Shown piece by piece: positions 51,200 to 62,306 of a DNA stretch of 64,000 nt. The stretch spans positions 201,342 to 265,341 of the forward strand of contig CAWDSW010000004.1 in NCBI GenBank assembly GCA_963805095.1, read 5' to 3'. Source of the DNA: an uncultured Solirubrobacterales bacterium. GTDB taxonomy: Bacteria > Actinomycetota > Thermoleophilia > Solirubrobacterales > Solirubrobacteraceae. The notes beneath the pieces are model-generated. The model worked only from the letters and a program-made list of their open reading frames with translations, searched no databases and was not told where the DNA came from. Position 1 is the first letter of the stretch. Every line of letters starts with the position of its first letter. A program made the translations under genes and the position numbers.

Positions 51200-52327
51200 G
51201 TGCCATCGACCACCGATATCGACACCCGTCATCTCGAGCGGACGATCGAGCTGGCCCGCCGCGGCGACGGCCATGTCAGCCCGAATCCGCTGGTCGGCGC
51301 GGTGCTGGCCAACGGCGAGGAGACCCTCGGGGAGGGCTTCCACGGCGAGCTTGGCGGCGCGCATGCCGAGGTCGAGGCGATTCGCAGCGCCGCCGGGCGT
51401 GACCTCAGCCAAGCCACGATGTACATATCGCTCGAGCCCTGCTGCCATATCGGTCGCACGCCGCCCTGCACCGATGCGATCCTGGAGGCGGGAATCACCC
51501 GCGTCGTGATCGCGTCCGATGACCCCTCCGAGCACGCCTCCGGACGCGGTCTCGGGATTCTCCGCGACGATGGCGTCGAAGTGGTTGTCGCCGGCGGCGA
51601 GACGGCGTTCAGGGCAAGGCTCCTGAACCAGCCGTTTCGCAAGCACGCCCGCACCGGCCGGCCGTGGGTGCTGTTCAAGTCTGCGATGTCGCTGGACGGG
51701 AAGGTTGCGACACGCAAGGGCGACTCGAAGTGGATCTCCAGCGCCACCAGCCGTGAGCTGGCCCACCGGTGGCGGGCGGCGTCGGATGCCGTCGCCGTCG
51801 GGATCGGGACGGCCATCGCCGATGACCCCCTGCTCACGGCCCGGATCGACGGGCTGACGGCGATCCGGCAGCCGCGCCGGGTGGTGTTCGACTCGCTCGC
51901 CCGCCTGCCGCTCCACTCGAAACTGGTCGCCGATGCCCGCACGATCCCGCTGACCGTCGTCGTCTCACGAGCGGCTCCGCGTTCGGCGACCGACGTTCTC
52001 GAGAGCCACGGCGCCCAGGTGATGGTCGCCCCCGGCGAGAACGAGCCGGCACGCGTCCGTTCCGCGCTCGACCAACTCGGCGCCGAGGGCGTCGCCTCGA
52101 TTCTGCTGGAGGGCGGGCCGAGGCTCGCCGGCGTGTTCCTCGATGCCGGGGAGATCGACGAGATTCGCCTGTTCATCGCGCCGATCGTGATCGGCGGGCG
52201 CAACGCCCGCGACCCGCTCGAGAGCGAGGGAGTCGAATCGATCGCCGATGCGGTGCCGTCGCTGACGCTGACCGCTGAGCAGCTCTCTTCGGACCTGCTG
52301 GTGACCGCGAGAATCCGCGAGTGGTGA
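51200..52327 (+). CDS. ribD: Riboflavin biosynthesis deaminase/reductase RibD
   Basis: PNPLVGAV, HAEVEA, SLEPCCHIGRTPPC, SLDGKVAT, LEGGPRLA. Confidence 0.96.
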   Translation: MPSTTDIDTRHLERTIELARRGDGHVSPNPLVGAVLANGEETLGEGFHGELGGAHAEVEAIRSAAGRDLSQATMYISLEPCCHIGRTPPCTDAILEAGITRVVIASDDPSEHASGRGLGILRDDGVEVVVAGGETAFRARLLNQPFRKHARTGRPWVLFKSAMSLDGKVATRKGDSKWISSATSRELAHRWRAASDAVAVGIGTAIADDPLLTARIDGLTAIRQPRRVVFDSLARLPLHSKLVADARTIPLTVVVSRAAPRSATDVLESHGAQVMVAPGENEPARVRSALDQLGAEGVASILLEGGPRLAGVFLDAGEIDEIRLFIAPIVIGGRNARDPLESEGVESIADAVPSLTLTAEQLSSDLLVTARIREW

Positions 52328-52437
52328 GGCTTTATCTTGGTAGGTGTGCGTTCTTGTCGCGCCCGGTCCTCTGTTACCCCTATCGAGATAGGGCGTGACC
52401 GGGTGCCCACAGACCCATTCGAAGAAGCGGCTAGCGG

Positions 52438-53022
52438 GTGTTCACCGGTCTGATCGAGGATCTTGGCGAGGTCCTCGACGCGCATCGGTCCCCGGAGGGG
52501 ACGCGCTTGACGGTCTCCAGCACGCTCGCGAGCGAGCTCTCCGAGGGAGATTCGGTCGCCGTCAACGGGGTCTGCCTGACCGCCGTAGACGTGGAGGACT
52601 CCACATTCAGCGCGGATGTGATGAACGAGACGTTGAGGCTCAGCTCCTTGGCCGAAGTCGCGCCGGGCGCGCCCGTCAACCTGGAGCTGCCGATGCGCGT
52701 GGGTGACCGGCTCGGCGGGCACATGGTGCAGGGACACGTCGACGGAGTCGGCACGATCGTCGAAGTGCTCGAGGACGGCTTCGCCCGCCGGGTCACGATC
52801 GCCGCACCACTCGAAGTCACCCGCTACGTGGTGCGCAAGGGATCGATCGCCGTCGACGGGATCTCGCTGACGGTTGCCGCGCTGGACGACCGATCCTTTA
52901 CCGTTTCTCTGATCCCCGAAACCCTCGAGCGGACGAACCTCGGCTCGGCGGCCCCTGGGGTCACGGTGAATCTGGAGGTTGACGTTTTGGCCAAGTACGT
53001 CGAAAGGTTGATTGCAAGATGA
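52438..53022 (+). CDS. ribE: Riboflavin synthase alpha chain
   Basis: [49 protein letters not shown]. Confidence 0.96.
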   Translation: MFTGLIEDLGEVLDAHRSPEGTRLTVSSTLASELSEGDSVAVNGVCLTAVDVEDSTFSADVMNETLRLSSLAEVAPGAPVNLELPMRVGDRLGGHMVQGHVDGVGTIVEVLEDGFARRVTIAAPLEVTRYVVRKGSIAVDGISLTVAALDDRSFTVSLIPETLERTNLGSAAPGVTVNLEVDVLAKYVERLIAR

Positions 53023-54416
53023 CGGCTGTTGGCGCTCCATTCGCGACTGTCGAAGAGGCGATCGAGGACATCCGCCAGGGGAAGATGGTCGTCGTCTGCG
53101 ACGACGAGAGCCGCGAGAACGAGGGCGATCTGACGATGGCCGCCCAGTTCGTCACGCCCGAGGCGATCAACTTCATGGCCAAGGAAGCGCGCGGTCTGGT
53201 CTGCTTGGCGCTGACACCGGAGCGCTGCGACGACCTCGGGCTTGACCTGATGGCCGCCAAGAACGAGTCGGCGTTCGAGACCGCGTTCACAGTCTCGATC
53301 GAGGCTCGCACTGGCGTCAGTACAGGGATCTCGGCGGCCGATCGCGCGCGTACGATCCAGGTCGCGATCGACCCGGGATCAAGTCCGCGCGAGTTGGTTC
53401 AGCCCGGCCATGTTTTTCCCTTGAAGGCACGGCCCGGCGGCGTGCTCGAGCGCGTCGGCCAGACCGAGGCGGCTGTCGATCTGGCGCGCATCGCCGGCTT
53501 GATTCCAGCCGGCGTGATCTGCGAGATCATGAATGACGACGGGACGATGGCCCGGATCGGCGATCTGCAGCCGTACTGCGAGCAGCGCGGGCTGAAGATG
53601 ATCACCGTCGCCTCCCTGGTCGCCTATCGGCGTCGGACCGAGAAGCTGGTCGAACGCGTCGTGGCGGCTCGCCTACCGACCGCGTTCGGCGAGTTCTCTT
53701 CGGTCGGTTATCGATCGTTGATCGACGGCAAGCACCACGTCGCGCTCGTCAAGGGCGACGTCGACGGCGCCCAGGACGTCTTGGTTCGAGTGCACTCGGA
53801 GTGCCTGACCGGCGACGTCTTCCATTCGCTGCGCTGCGATTGCGGCGAGCAGCTCGAGTCGGCGCTGTCGATGATCGAATCCGAGGGCGTTGGGGTCCTG
53901 CTCTACCTGAGCCAGGAGGGACGAGGGATCGGCTTGCTGAACAAGCTGCGCGCCTACAAGCTGCAGGAGGAGGGCTACGACACGGTCGAGGCAAACCTGC
54001 AGCTCGGGTTGCCCGCGGACCTGCGCGACTACGGGATCGGTGCCCAGATCCTGGTCGACCTGGGGCTGTCCAGCATCCGCCTACTGACCAATAACCCCAA
54101 GAAGATCTCGGGCCTGGCCGGCTACGGCCTATCGATCACCTCCCAGGTTCCGATCCAGCATGTCGCCAACCCGCACAACGTCGCCTACCTGAGGGCAAAA
54201 CGGGACAAGCTCGGGCACACCCTGCATCACCAGGGGCTGGCGCTCGACGAGGTGATGCTCCACGACGAGTCCCGGCGCGACGAGCGTGCGCGGGACAACC
54301 GCGACCAGAAGCTCCACGACGAGTCGCGGCGCGACGACCGCGGGCGGGACAACGGCGACCAGATGCCCCACGACGAGTCGCGTCCTGGCGACCCCGGGCG
54401 GGACAGTGGCGACTGA
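53019..54416 (+). CDS. ribBA: Bifunctional DHBP synthase / GTP cyclohydrolase II with repeat-expanded C-terminus
   Basis: [25 protein letters not shown]; [37 protein letters not shown]. Confidence 0.96.
   Translation: MTAVGAPFATVEEAIEDIRQGKMVVVCDDESRENEGDLTMAAQFVTPEAINFMAKEARGLVCLALTPERCDDLGLDLMAAKNESAFETAFTVSIEARTGVSTGISAADRARTIQVAIDPGSSPRELVQPGHVFPLKARPGGVLERVGQTEAAVDLARIAGLIPAGVICEIMNDDGTMARIGDLQPYCEQRGLKMITVASLVAYRRRTEKLVERVVAARLPTAFGEFSSVGYRSLIDGKHHVALVKGDVDGAQDVLVRVHSECLTGDVFHSLRCDCGEQLESALSMIESEGVGVLLYLSQEGRGIGLLNKLRAYKLQEEGYDTVEANLQLGLPADLRDYGIGAQILVDLGLSSIRLLTNNPKKISGLAGYGLSITSQVPIQHVANPHNVAYLRAKRDKLGHTLHHQGLALDEVMLHDESRRDERARDNRDQKLHDESRRDDRGRDNGDQMPHDESRPGDPGRDSGD
54255..54416 (+). 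repeat. In-frame 54-bp tandem repeat (3 copies) at the ribBA 3' end
   Basis: Units 54255, 54309, 54363 encoding [18 protein letters not shown] / [18 protein letters not shown] / [17 protein letters not shown]. Confidence 0.9.
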
Positions 54417-54879
54417 CGACGAGCGTCGCGTCGCGCTCTGCGTCGCGCGCTTCTACGCCGATCTGGCGGAAAGGCTCGAGGAGGGCGCCCGCGACGCATT
54501 GCTCGAGGCTGGGGTCACCGACATCGACAGCTTCGGGGTCCCCGGAGCGTTCGAGCTTCCGTTGATCGCCCGATATGCCGCCGACAGCGGGCGCTACGAC
54601 GCGATCGTCGCGCTGGGTGCGGTGATCCGCGGCGAGACCGACCACTACGACTACGTCTGCAGCGAAGCCGCTCGCGGCCTCCAGGAGGTGCAGTTGTTGA
54701 GCGGTGTTCCGGTCGGGTTCGGCGTCCTGACCGTAGACACCTACGAACAGGCGCTGGCGCGGGTCAAGGGCGGCGGCAAGCGGGACAGCGGCCGCCACGC
54801 GGTCGAGGCGGCGCTGGCGTCGTTGGCGGTCAGGCGCGAGTTGTCAGAGCGCCCGCGCCGGGCTGGGTTCGCCGGCTGA
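54406..54879 (+). CDS. ribH: Lumazine synthase
   Basis: [33 protein letters not shown]. Confidence 0.95.
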   Translation: MATDDERRVALCVARFYADLAERLEEGARDALLEAGVTDIDSFGVPGAFELPLIARYAADSGRYDAIVALGAVIRGETDHYDYVCSEAARGLQEVQLLSGVPVGFGVLTVDTYEQALARVKGGGKRDSGRHAVEAALASLAVRRELSERPRRAGFAG

Positions 54880-54948
54880 CCGCCGGGGTTCGCCGGCTGG
54901 CCGCCGGGGTTCGGCAGCTGGCCGCCGGGGTTCGGCGGCTGGGCGCCT
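54865..54948 (+). repeat. 21-bp tandem repeat (4 copies) starting inside the ribH 3' end
   Basis: GGGTTCGCCGGCTG(A/G)CCGCCG-type units at 54865, 54886, 54907, 54928. Confidence 0.88.
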
Positions 54949-55006
54949 TCGGTGACAGCGACGGGCGCCCGCGTTCTGATGGCGCCGGACTGCGCCTGGA
55001 GATCGT

Positions 55007-55279
55007 GGCGACCACAACTTCCAAAACCTGCAGTGGAAACGACGGGGTCTCGTCGTTTTGGACCCCTGGCGCCCCTTTGTTCGAGAACCGCTTACCGGGA
55101 GCGCTCGCTCGGGAAGTTTTGGTCGCCTCGGATGCTCGCCGTGGCTCGGTCGCCGTGGGAGCGACGATAAGTCGGCGAGCCAGTCCCCGCCGGGCGGGGG
55201 TTGCGGCTGGTTGGTCGATCAGCGACCAGAAAGCGGCGACCCCCGAGGTGCGGTGGTCCGCTTGCCGATTTATGGTCGC
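55007..55279. repeat. Two adjacent ~120-bp elements with terminal inverted repeats (MITE/REP-like)
   Basis: GGCGACCACAACTTCC/GGAAGTTTTGGTCGCC (55007-55127); GCGACGATAAGTCGGCGAG/CTTGCCGATTTATGGTCGC (55161-55279). Confidence 0.6.
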
Positions 55280-55335
55280 GGATCGCGAGCGCGCCCGGGA
55301 GAACTCCGAAGGGGTGCGTATACTGGCCAGCCGTT

Positions 55336-55527
55336 ATGTCAAAGGTCTGCCACGTCTGCTCAAAAGGTCCCTCGTTCGGCAATAGCCGAAGCCACTCGAT
55401 GGTCGCCACCAAGCGTCGGTTCGATCCGAACCTGCAGCGGGTCCGGATCGACGACGGCGGCACGCCGCGCCGCGTGTACGTCTGCACCCGCTGTCTGAAG
55501 GCCGGCAAGGTCACCAAGGCCCGATAA
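55336..55527 (+). CDS. rpmB: 50S ribosomal protein L28 (zinc-binding C+ form)
   Basis: [21 protein letters not shown]...[10 protein letters not shown]...[11 protein letters not shown]; TATACT -10 at 55319. Confidence 0.96.
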   Translation: MSKVCHVCSKGPSFGNSRSHSMVATKRRFDPNLQRVRIDDGGTPRRVYVCTRCLKAGKVTKAR

Positions 55528-55582
55528 GAGCGAGCGGTCGCGCCGTGTCAGGAGCGCCCGCCCCGCAGCCCGTCGCCCGCCG

Positions 55583-57314
55583 GTGACCGATCCCGCAATC
55601 CTCCGCTTCCGCGCGCTCGTCGAGGCCGGGCTTGTCGCGCTCGAGGAACGACGCCAGGAGGTCAACGACCTCAACGTCTTCCCGGTCGCCGACGGCGACA
55701 CCGGCGACAACATGGTGCTCACCCTACGAGCGGTCGTGCACGAGCTCGATCACCTGATCGATGCAACGGCGGACCGGACGGTTGACGAAATCGGCCGCGA
55801 AGAGATCGTCAGCTCGGTTGCACGCGCGGCGCTGCTGGGCGCGCGCGGAAATTCCGGCGTGATCCTGTCCCAGTTGATTCGCGGGGCCGCCGAGGAACTC
55901 GTCTCCCGGCCCGGTGAACTGATCGATCCGGTGTTGATCGGCGCCGCGCTGGCTCGGGCCGCCGACCAGGCGTACGGCTCGGTCCGCGACCCGGCGGAGG
56001 GGACGATCCTGACGGTGGTGCGCGAGATGGCGCACCGGGTCGCGAGCGAGCTCGCCCACATGTCGGAGACCAGGCTCGAACCCGGTGCGACCGTCGAGGA
56101 GCAGGACGAGCTCCTCGCCGAGGTGATCGAGCGGGCGCTGTCGGCGGGACAGGAGTCGGTCAGGCGAGGCCCGGACCTGCTTCCGATTCTGCGCGAGGCC
56201 GGTGTCGTCGACGCCGGCGGCTATGGCCTGACGGTTCTGTTTGCCGGGATCGTCGGGGCTCTGCGCGGATCTGCCCCGGTCGAGCTCGCGCATCACGCGG
56301 CGGCGCGCATCACCCATCCGCACCACTCATCCAGCACCTTCCGGTACTGCACGAACTTTGCCGTCACCGGCACCGAGCTGGACCAACGGCATTTCATCCG
56401 CGAGCTCGAGCGGATCGGCGATTCGGTACTCGTCGTCGGCGACGCGACGACGCTGAAGGTCCACGTCCACACCGATGACCCGGACGCCGCAACCGCGCTG
56501 GCCGGCGTCGCCGGCGCTGTCTCCCACATCGACATCGCCGACATGACCGAGCAGGTCGCGAGGCGTGACGCCCGCCTACGCGGTGCGGGCGGGGTCGGCG
56601 GGGTGGGCGGGTCCAAATCCAACAACCCAGCCACCAACGGAGACGCCCGGGCCGGCGTCGGCAACGGCGCTCGTCCAGCCGAGAGGACCTGCGGGGCGCT
56701 TGCGGTCGTCACCGGCGATGGCTTCAAGGAGCTGTACGCGTCGCTGGGCGTCGGGACGCTGGACGCCGGACCGAAGCTCAACCCTTCGACCTCCGACCTC
56801 CTTGCCGCGATCCACGGCGTGCCGGCCGAGCAGATCATCGTCCTGCCGAACAGCTCCAATGTGCTGATGGCCGCCGAGCGCGCGGCCGAGCTGTCCGACC
56901 GGACGGTCGAGGTGGTGGCATCGCAGGTCGCTGCAGGCAGGGCTGGTCGCGGCGGTCAGCCTCGACCCGGGGCGCACAGCGCAAGACAACGCGGTGACAA
57001 TGCGCGACGCGCTCGACCGGCTGCACACGGGCGCTGTTGCCCAGGCTGCCCGTGACGACGCACGCGGCCGGTTTCAGGCCGGTGACGCGATCGGGTTCGT
57101 CGACGAAGAGCTGTTCGCCTGGGGAGACCCGGCGACGACCCTACGTCAGGTACTGGATCGGCTCGCCGACGACGCCGAGCTGGTGACCTGCCTCCGAGGG
57201 CCGGGCGCTCCGCTCGATGACGATGCCGTGCGCGGGTTGGTCGATGGGCGGGTCGAGCTGGAGCTCGAGGTCGGCGGCCAGCAGAGCTACTGGTGGCTGC
57301 TCTCCGCCGAGTAG
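55583..57314 (+). CDS. DAK2-domain protein (FakA/YloV-like); one frameshift near 56925
   Basis: VNDLNVFPVADGDTGDNM, GARGNSGVILSQ, VVDAGG, KVHVHTDDP, LPNSSN; C-terminus GGQQSYWWLLSAE; rpmB-DAK2-recG synteny. Confidence 0.9.
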
Positions 57315-57346
57315 TTCTGGGGAGGCTTTTGGGCCCCAGGGAGCCG

Positions 57347-57841
57347 TTACTCGCCGTCGTCCTCGGTCACGAGCGCGGTTCCATGTAGACGTTCGATCGC
57401 CTGCGTCAGCCGGTCGATCGGATCGACCATGTCCTCCCGATCGGCCTTCTGCTCGAGCGCGAGCCGGAGGTCAGCAAGCTCTCGGGCGAGAAACTCGGTC
57501 TCGGCCAGCGACCGGGCGTTGGTCTCGCGGTCGCGCTCGACCTCTTCCTTGTCGCGGTCGGCCTGGCGGTTCTGCGCCAGCAGAATCAGCGGCGCCGCGT
57601 AGGCGGCCTGGGTCGAGAACGCCAGGTTCAGCAGGATGAACGGGTACTTGTCCCACCGCAAGCTCCACGCGACCGCGTTGATCGAGACCCAGACGATGAC
57701 GAGCACCGTCTGGGCGAAGAGATATCGCCCGGTGCCGAGGAACCGCGCCACCGACTCCGCGAAGCGAGCGAACGCATCGGTGTCGTAGCCGGAGCTCCCA
57801 CGGGTTCCGCGCGGCTTTGAGAGATTGTCATTGCGCGCCAT
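57347..57841 (-). CDS. DUF1003-type membrane protein
   Basis: FARFAESVARFLGT...WDKYPFILLNLAFSTQAAYAAPLILLAQNRQ; ATG in a TAATG overlap with the upstream stop. Confidence 0.88.
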   Translation of the reverse strand: MARNDNLSKPRGTRGSSGYDTDAFARFAESVARFLGTGRYLFAQTVLVIVWVSINAVAWSLRWDKYPFILLNLAFSTQAAYAAPLILLAQNRQADRDKEEVERDRETNARSLAETEFLARELADLRLALEQKADREDMVDPIDRLTQAIERLHGTALVTEDDGE

Positions 57842-59053
57842 TAGACAGCGGTGTCGGTGAGTCGCCAGCCGGACGGGAGGCACCCGATCGAGCACGTCAT
57901 CAATTGTGACGGCGCCGACAAGGCGCCCGGACTCGTCGGTGACCGGGATCGCGACGACGTTGTACGCGGCCAGGCGTGCGGCCACCTCACGGTCCGAAGC
58001 CGCGGCGCTGACCGGGTCCCAGTCCTCGTCGATGCAGCGGCCGATCGGCTTCGAAGGCGCCTCGCGCAGCAGACGCTGGATCCCGACGACGCCGAGGAAC
58101 CGCCCGGTCGGCGTCTCCAGCGGCGGCTGGCAGACGAACACCTGGACGGCGAGCGGCACCGACAGGTCCGGATTGCGCGCATGTGCCAGCGCCTGCGCAA
58201 CGGTCTCATTGGGCCCGAGGATGATCGGCTCCGGGGTCATCAGGCCGCCGGCGGTGTCCGGCTTGTAAGCGAGCAGCCGGCGGACCGGCTCGGCCTCCTC
58301 GGGATCCATCGCCGCCAGCAGTTCGGCCTGCTCGTCGGCGGACAACTCGCCGAGCAGGTCGGCGGCGTCGTCGGCCTCCATCTCGTCGAGCACTCGGCCG
58401 ACGCGCTCGGGGTCGAGGTTCTCGATCAGCCGCACCTGCTCGTCCTCTGGTAGCTCCTCGAGCAGATCCGCGAGCCGATCGTCCTCGAGCGCCTCGGCCA
58501 GCACACGCCGACGGCTCAGCGGCAGCCGGCGGATCGCCGACGCCATCTCCGCGGGGTGCAGCCCCCCGAGCGTCGCCGCCTCCCGGTCGACACGCCGCTG
58601 ATCGGCGAACAGCTCGCCTGCCTCGCTCCAGTCGATCACCTGCGGGGCGCGCCCCAGACCGGGCACCCGTCGGGTCCCGAGCGCGACGGTTGCGACCTCC
58701 CATGCGAACGGCTCCGGCGACGGTGTGATGCCGATGTCGACGACCCGCCGGTCGCCGACGCGACGTCCGATCAACTCGCCGGCGGCGAGCCGCTCGCCCG
58801 GGCGCAGTTCGAACTGGCGGAGGTTGATCGCGCTGCGCCGGAGACGCAACCCGCGTGTGTCGATCTCGCCGATTCGCCCGACGCTGACGAACACGCGCCG
58901 TCGCTGAACGCCGCCGACGACGAAGCCGATCACGCGCGGCGGTCTGCCACCCAGGTCCAGCACGACGTCGACGACGTGTCCGAGGTCCGACCCGTCGGCT
59001 GCGACAAGGGGCATTCCCTTGATCCTCGAGATGTAGACGACGCGCCCGCTCAT
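57841..59053 (-). CDS. MgtE intracellular-domain protein (PRC barrel + MgtE_N + CBS pair, no TM domain); frameshift near 57882
   Basis: LHPAEMAS, LADLLEELPED, MEADDAADLL, TAGGLMTPEP, GAVTIDDVLD; natural end LPSGWRLTDTAV* in the adjacent frame. Confidence 0.85.
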
Positions 59054-59091
59054 GCATCAGATCCTAGGACGACCGGGATCTCGGTCAAGCT

Positions 59092-61246
59092 GTGTCGGTG
59101 GTCTGCACGCTCCCGGTCGCCTTCGCGGATACGACGCAGTTGGGCCGCGATGAGCTCGAGCTCGCGCCGGTGCGCTACCCGGCTCCGCGCCGACTGACGG
59201 CGCTACTGGAGCTCGACGGCGCCAAGACCAAGCAGGGCGCGGAGGCGCTCGGCCTGCGCACCGTCGGCGACCTGCTCGAGCACGTGCCACGCGACCGGCG
59301 CGAGGCGAGGGCGATCACGAATCTCGCCCCGGAGGAGACCGCGACGATCGTCGTGGAAGTCCGCCGGATCCGCTCTCGCCCGGTGCGGCGGCGCGGGATG
59401 CGGCCACTGGTCGAGGCGACCGTCGCCGACCACACCGGCACCCTGCGGGTCACGTTCTTCCAACAGCCGTGGCTGGTCGATCGCTACCGCCCCGGGACGA
59501 GGCTGATCCTGCACGGCCGGTTTGACCCCCGGCGCGGCTTCACCGTCCAGGGCCACGCTGCGACGACCGAGCCGCTGAGCGGCGCCGCCGACGCGACCGC
59601 GGTCTCCCATTACCCGGCGACCGAAGGTCTGTCCTCGACGCAGATCCTGGCACTCGTGCAGCGGTACGCCGCCGCGCTTCGACGACGTGCTCGAGCCGCT
59701 GCCGGTGGCGGTGCGAGTCACCGAACGGTTGGCTGATCGCCCGGCCGCGCTTCGCGCCCTGCACTTTCCGGCAGGCGACTCGGACCTTCACGAGCGGCCT
59801 TCGACGGCTTGCCTTCGAGGAGCTGCTGCTGGGCCAGGTCGCCCTGCAGCAGCGCCGGCGCGGCCGCAGCCGAAGCGCGGTCGCGCCGCGAATCGAGGGG
59901 CCCCGGGAGCTGACCGCCCGCTGGCTGGACGAAGCGTTGCCGTTCCCGCTCACCGGCGACCAGAGCGCCGCCATCGAGGTGATCGACGGCGACCTGGCGC
60001 GCTCAGAGCCGATGCAGCGGCTGCTGATGGGCGAGGTCGGGTCCGGCAAGACGGTGGTTGCGCTGTACGCGATGCTGCGGGCCGTCGAGCATGACCTTCA
60101 GGCGAGCGCTGATGGCGCCGACCGAGACGCTTGCCGAGCAGCACTTTCAGACGATTCAGAAGCTGGTCGGAGCCGAGAATGTCCGGCTCGGCCTGTTGAC
60201 GGGGTCGACTCCCGGCGCGCGGCGGACCGATCTCCTGGCGAAGCTCGCGACCGGCGAGCTGTCGCTGCTGGTCGGTACCCACGCGTTGATCGAGGAGGCG
60301 GTTCAGTTCAACCGGCTGGCCGTCGTGGTCGTCGACGAGCAGCACAGGTTTGGGGTCGAGCAGCGGGCGGCGCTGGATCGCAAGGGCTCGGGGAGTGAGC
60401 CAGGCGGACGGCGCTCATGTGCTGCACATGACGGCCACGCCGATCCCGCGAACGCTCGCGCTCAGCAACTATGGCGACCTCGATTTCACCGTTCTGCGGG
60501 AGCTGCCCCAGGGGCGACAGCCGATTGACACGTTCCTGTGCTCCACCGAGCGGGAACGTGAGCGAGCTTACGAACGGATGCGCGAGGAGCTCCGAGCCGG
60601 ACGGCAGGCGTTCGTCGTCTGCCCGCTCATCGAGGACTCGGACTTATTGCAGGCGACGGCGGCCACCTCGGAGTTCGAGCGGCTCAAGGAAGGGCCGCTG
60701 CGAGACTTCAGGCTGATGCTGATGCACGGCCAGCTGCGCCAAGCCGAGAAGGCGGAGGCGATGGCCGCGTTCGCCGCCGGGGATGCCGATGTTCTGGTCG
60801 CGACGACCGTGATCGAGGTGGGGATCGACGTCCCCAACGCGACCGTGATGCTCGTCGAAGACGCCGACCGCTACGGGATCTCTCAACTGCACCAGTTGCG
60901 GGGACGGATCGGCCGCGGCAGTCATGCGTCGCTGTGTCTGCTCTTTGGTCGTCGTGACTCCCGGCGACTGCAGGCGCTCGTGCGCGAGTCGGACGGGTTC
61001 GCGTTGGCTGAAATCGATCTGCGGCTCCGAGGGGAGGGCGAGCTCGTCGGGACCAGGCAGTCCGGCGGGGCGCTGTACCGCTTCGTCGAATTCCCGCGCG
61101 ACGCGGACCTGCTCGAGCGAGCGCAGCTCTGGGCGCGGACGTTGATCGATCGGGACGCGGAGCTCGCCGAGCCGGAGCACGTACTGCTGGGCGCCCAGTT
61201 GCGCGAACGCTACGGGCAGGACGCGCTGGCAGCGATTCGGGCGTAG
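59092..61246 (+). CDS. recG: ATP-dependent DNA helicase RecG (several frameshifts; start approximate)
   Basis: [75 protein letters not shown]. Confidence 0.93.
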
Positions 61247-61269
61247 AGATTGTCAGCCAAGCTCTAGTC

Positions 61270-61804
61270 ATGCGGGTCATCGCAGGACGCTATCGGGGCA
61301 CGAGTCTGCGGGCGCCGCGTGGGGAGGCGACCCGACCGACCTCTGACCGGGTCCGCGAGGCGCTGTTCTCGATTCTCGTTCTCGGTCGACGAAGCACGCG
61401 TACTTGACCTGTTCGCCGGCTCCGGGGCGCTGGGGATCGAGGCGCTGTCGCGGGGCGCCGGTTCCGCCGTGTTCGTCGACTCGGCACCGGCCGCGGTGGC
61501 TGCCGTGCGTCGCAACCTCGAGGCGCTCGGACTCGAGGCCGAGGTCAGTCGGCATCCGGCGATCGCCTTTCTCGAGGGGGCAGCGATCCGCGGGGCACAA
61601 TACGATCTCGTCTTCCTGGACCCCCCATACCGACTCGCGAGTACGGTTGGCCCGGAGCTCTCGGTCGCGCTCACGCCCGTTCTCGCGAAGGGTGCGAGGG
61701 TGGTGGCGGAGAGCGACCGCCGATCGCCGCTGGCGCTCGACCTGCCGCTCGCCGACGAGCGGCGTTACGGAGACACCTTGATCAGAATCCATGGCGCCCG
61801 ATAA
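61270..61804 (+). CDS. rsmD: 16S rRNA m2G966 methyltransferase RsmD (frameshift near 61378)
   Basis: MRVIAGRYRG...TRPTSDRVREALFSI; VLDLFAGSGALGIEALSRGA, FLDPPY, RRYGDT. Confidence 0.92.
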
Positions 61805-62288
61805 CCACATCGCACTCTGTCCGGGGTCTTACGACCCCATCACCTACGGTCACTTGGACGTCATCAGCCGCGCATCGGCGATGTTCGACAAGGTGATCGT
61901 CGCGGTCGTCAACATCCCGGTCCGCAAGGGTGACACCCTGTTCACGACCGAGGAGCGAGTCGCGTTCGTCGAGCGAGCGACCGCCTCGATGCCCAACGTC
62001 ACGGTTGAGCCGTTCAGCATCCTGGTGGTCGAGTTCGCACGCGAGCGCGGGGCCAAGGCAATCGTCAAGGGACTGCGCGCGATCTCCGACTTCGAGTACG
62101 AGCTGGAGATGAACCAGCTCAACCGAATGCAGGCGCCGGATATCGAGTCCGTTTACCTGATGGCCTCGGCCAAGTACAGTTTCATTCGCTCAAGCGGCAT
62201 AAAGGAACTGGCGACCTTCGGAGGAAGGATCGATGATCTGGTGCCCGACGAGGTGGCCAGCGCCTTGAAGGAAAGGATCGGCCGCTGA
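61791..62288 (+). CDS. coaD: Phosphopantetheine adenylyltransferase
   Basis: PGSYDPITYGHLD, KGLRAISDFEYE, SFIRSSGIKE. Confidence 0.96.
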   Translation: MAPDNHIALCPGSYDPITYGHLDVISRASAMFDKVIVAVVNIPVRKGDTLFTTEERVAFVERATASMPNVTVEPFSILVVEFARERGAKAIVKGLRAISDFEYELEMNQLNRMQAPDIESVYLMASAKYSFIRSSGIKELATFGGRIDDLVPDEVASALKERIGR

Positions 62289-62306
62289 CGAAACAGAGGT
62301 TCGGTT

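Noticed and set aside
51229-53040. 603-aa antisense ORF, and other long antisense or alternate-frame ORFs (e.g. 43361-44896, 19739-21160, 27837-29108)
   Set aside because: Shadow ORFs of well-supported genes, expected at this GC content; low-complexity composition with no motifs.
54255-54948. CRISPR array interpretation of the tandem repeats
   Set aside because: Units are head-to-tail without unique spacers, one set is coding, and there are no cas genes.
57347-59053. 568-aa MgtE-DUF1003 fusion ORF in the track
   Set aside because: The natural MgtE-like C-terminus (LPSGWRLTDTAV*) lies in the adjacent frame and ends in a TAATG overlap with the DUF1003 start. A single indel near 57882 explains the fusion, in an indel-prone region.
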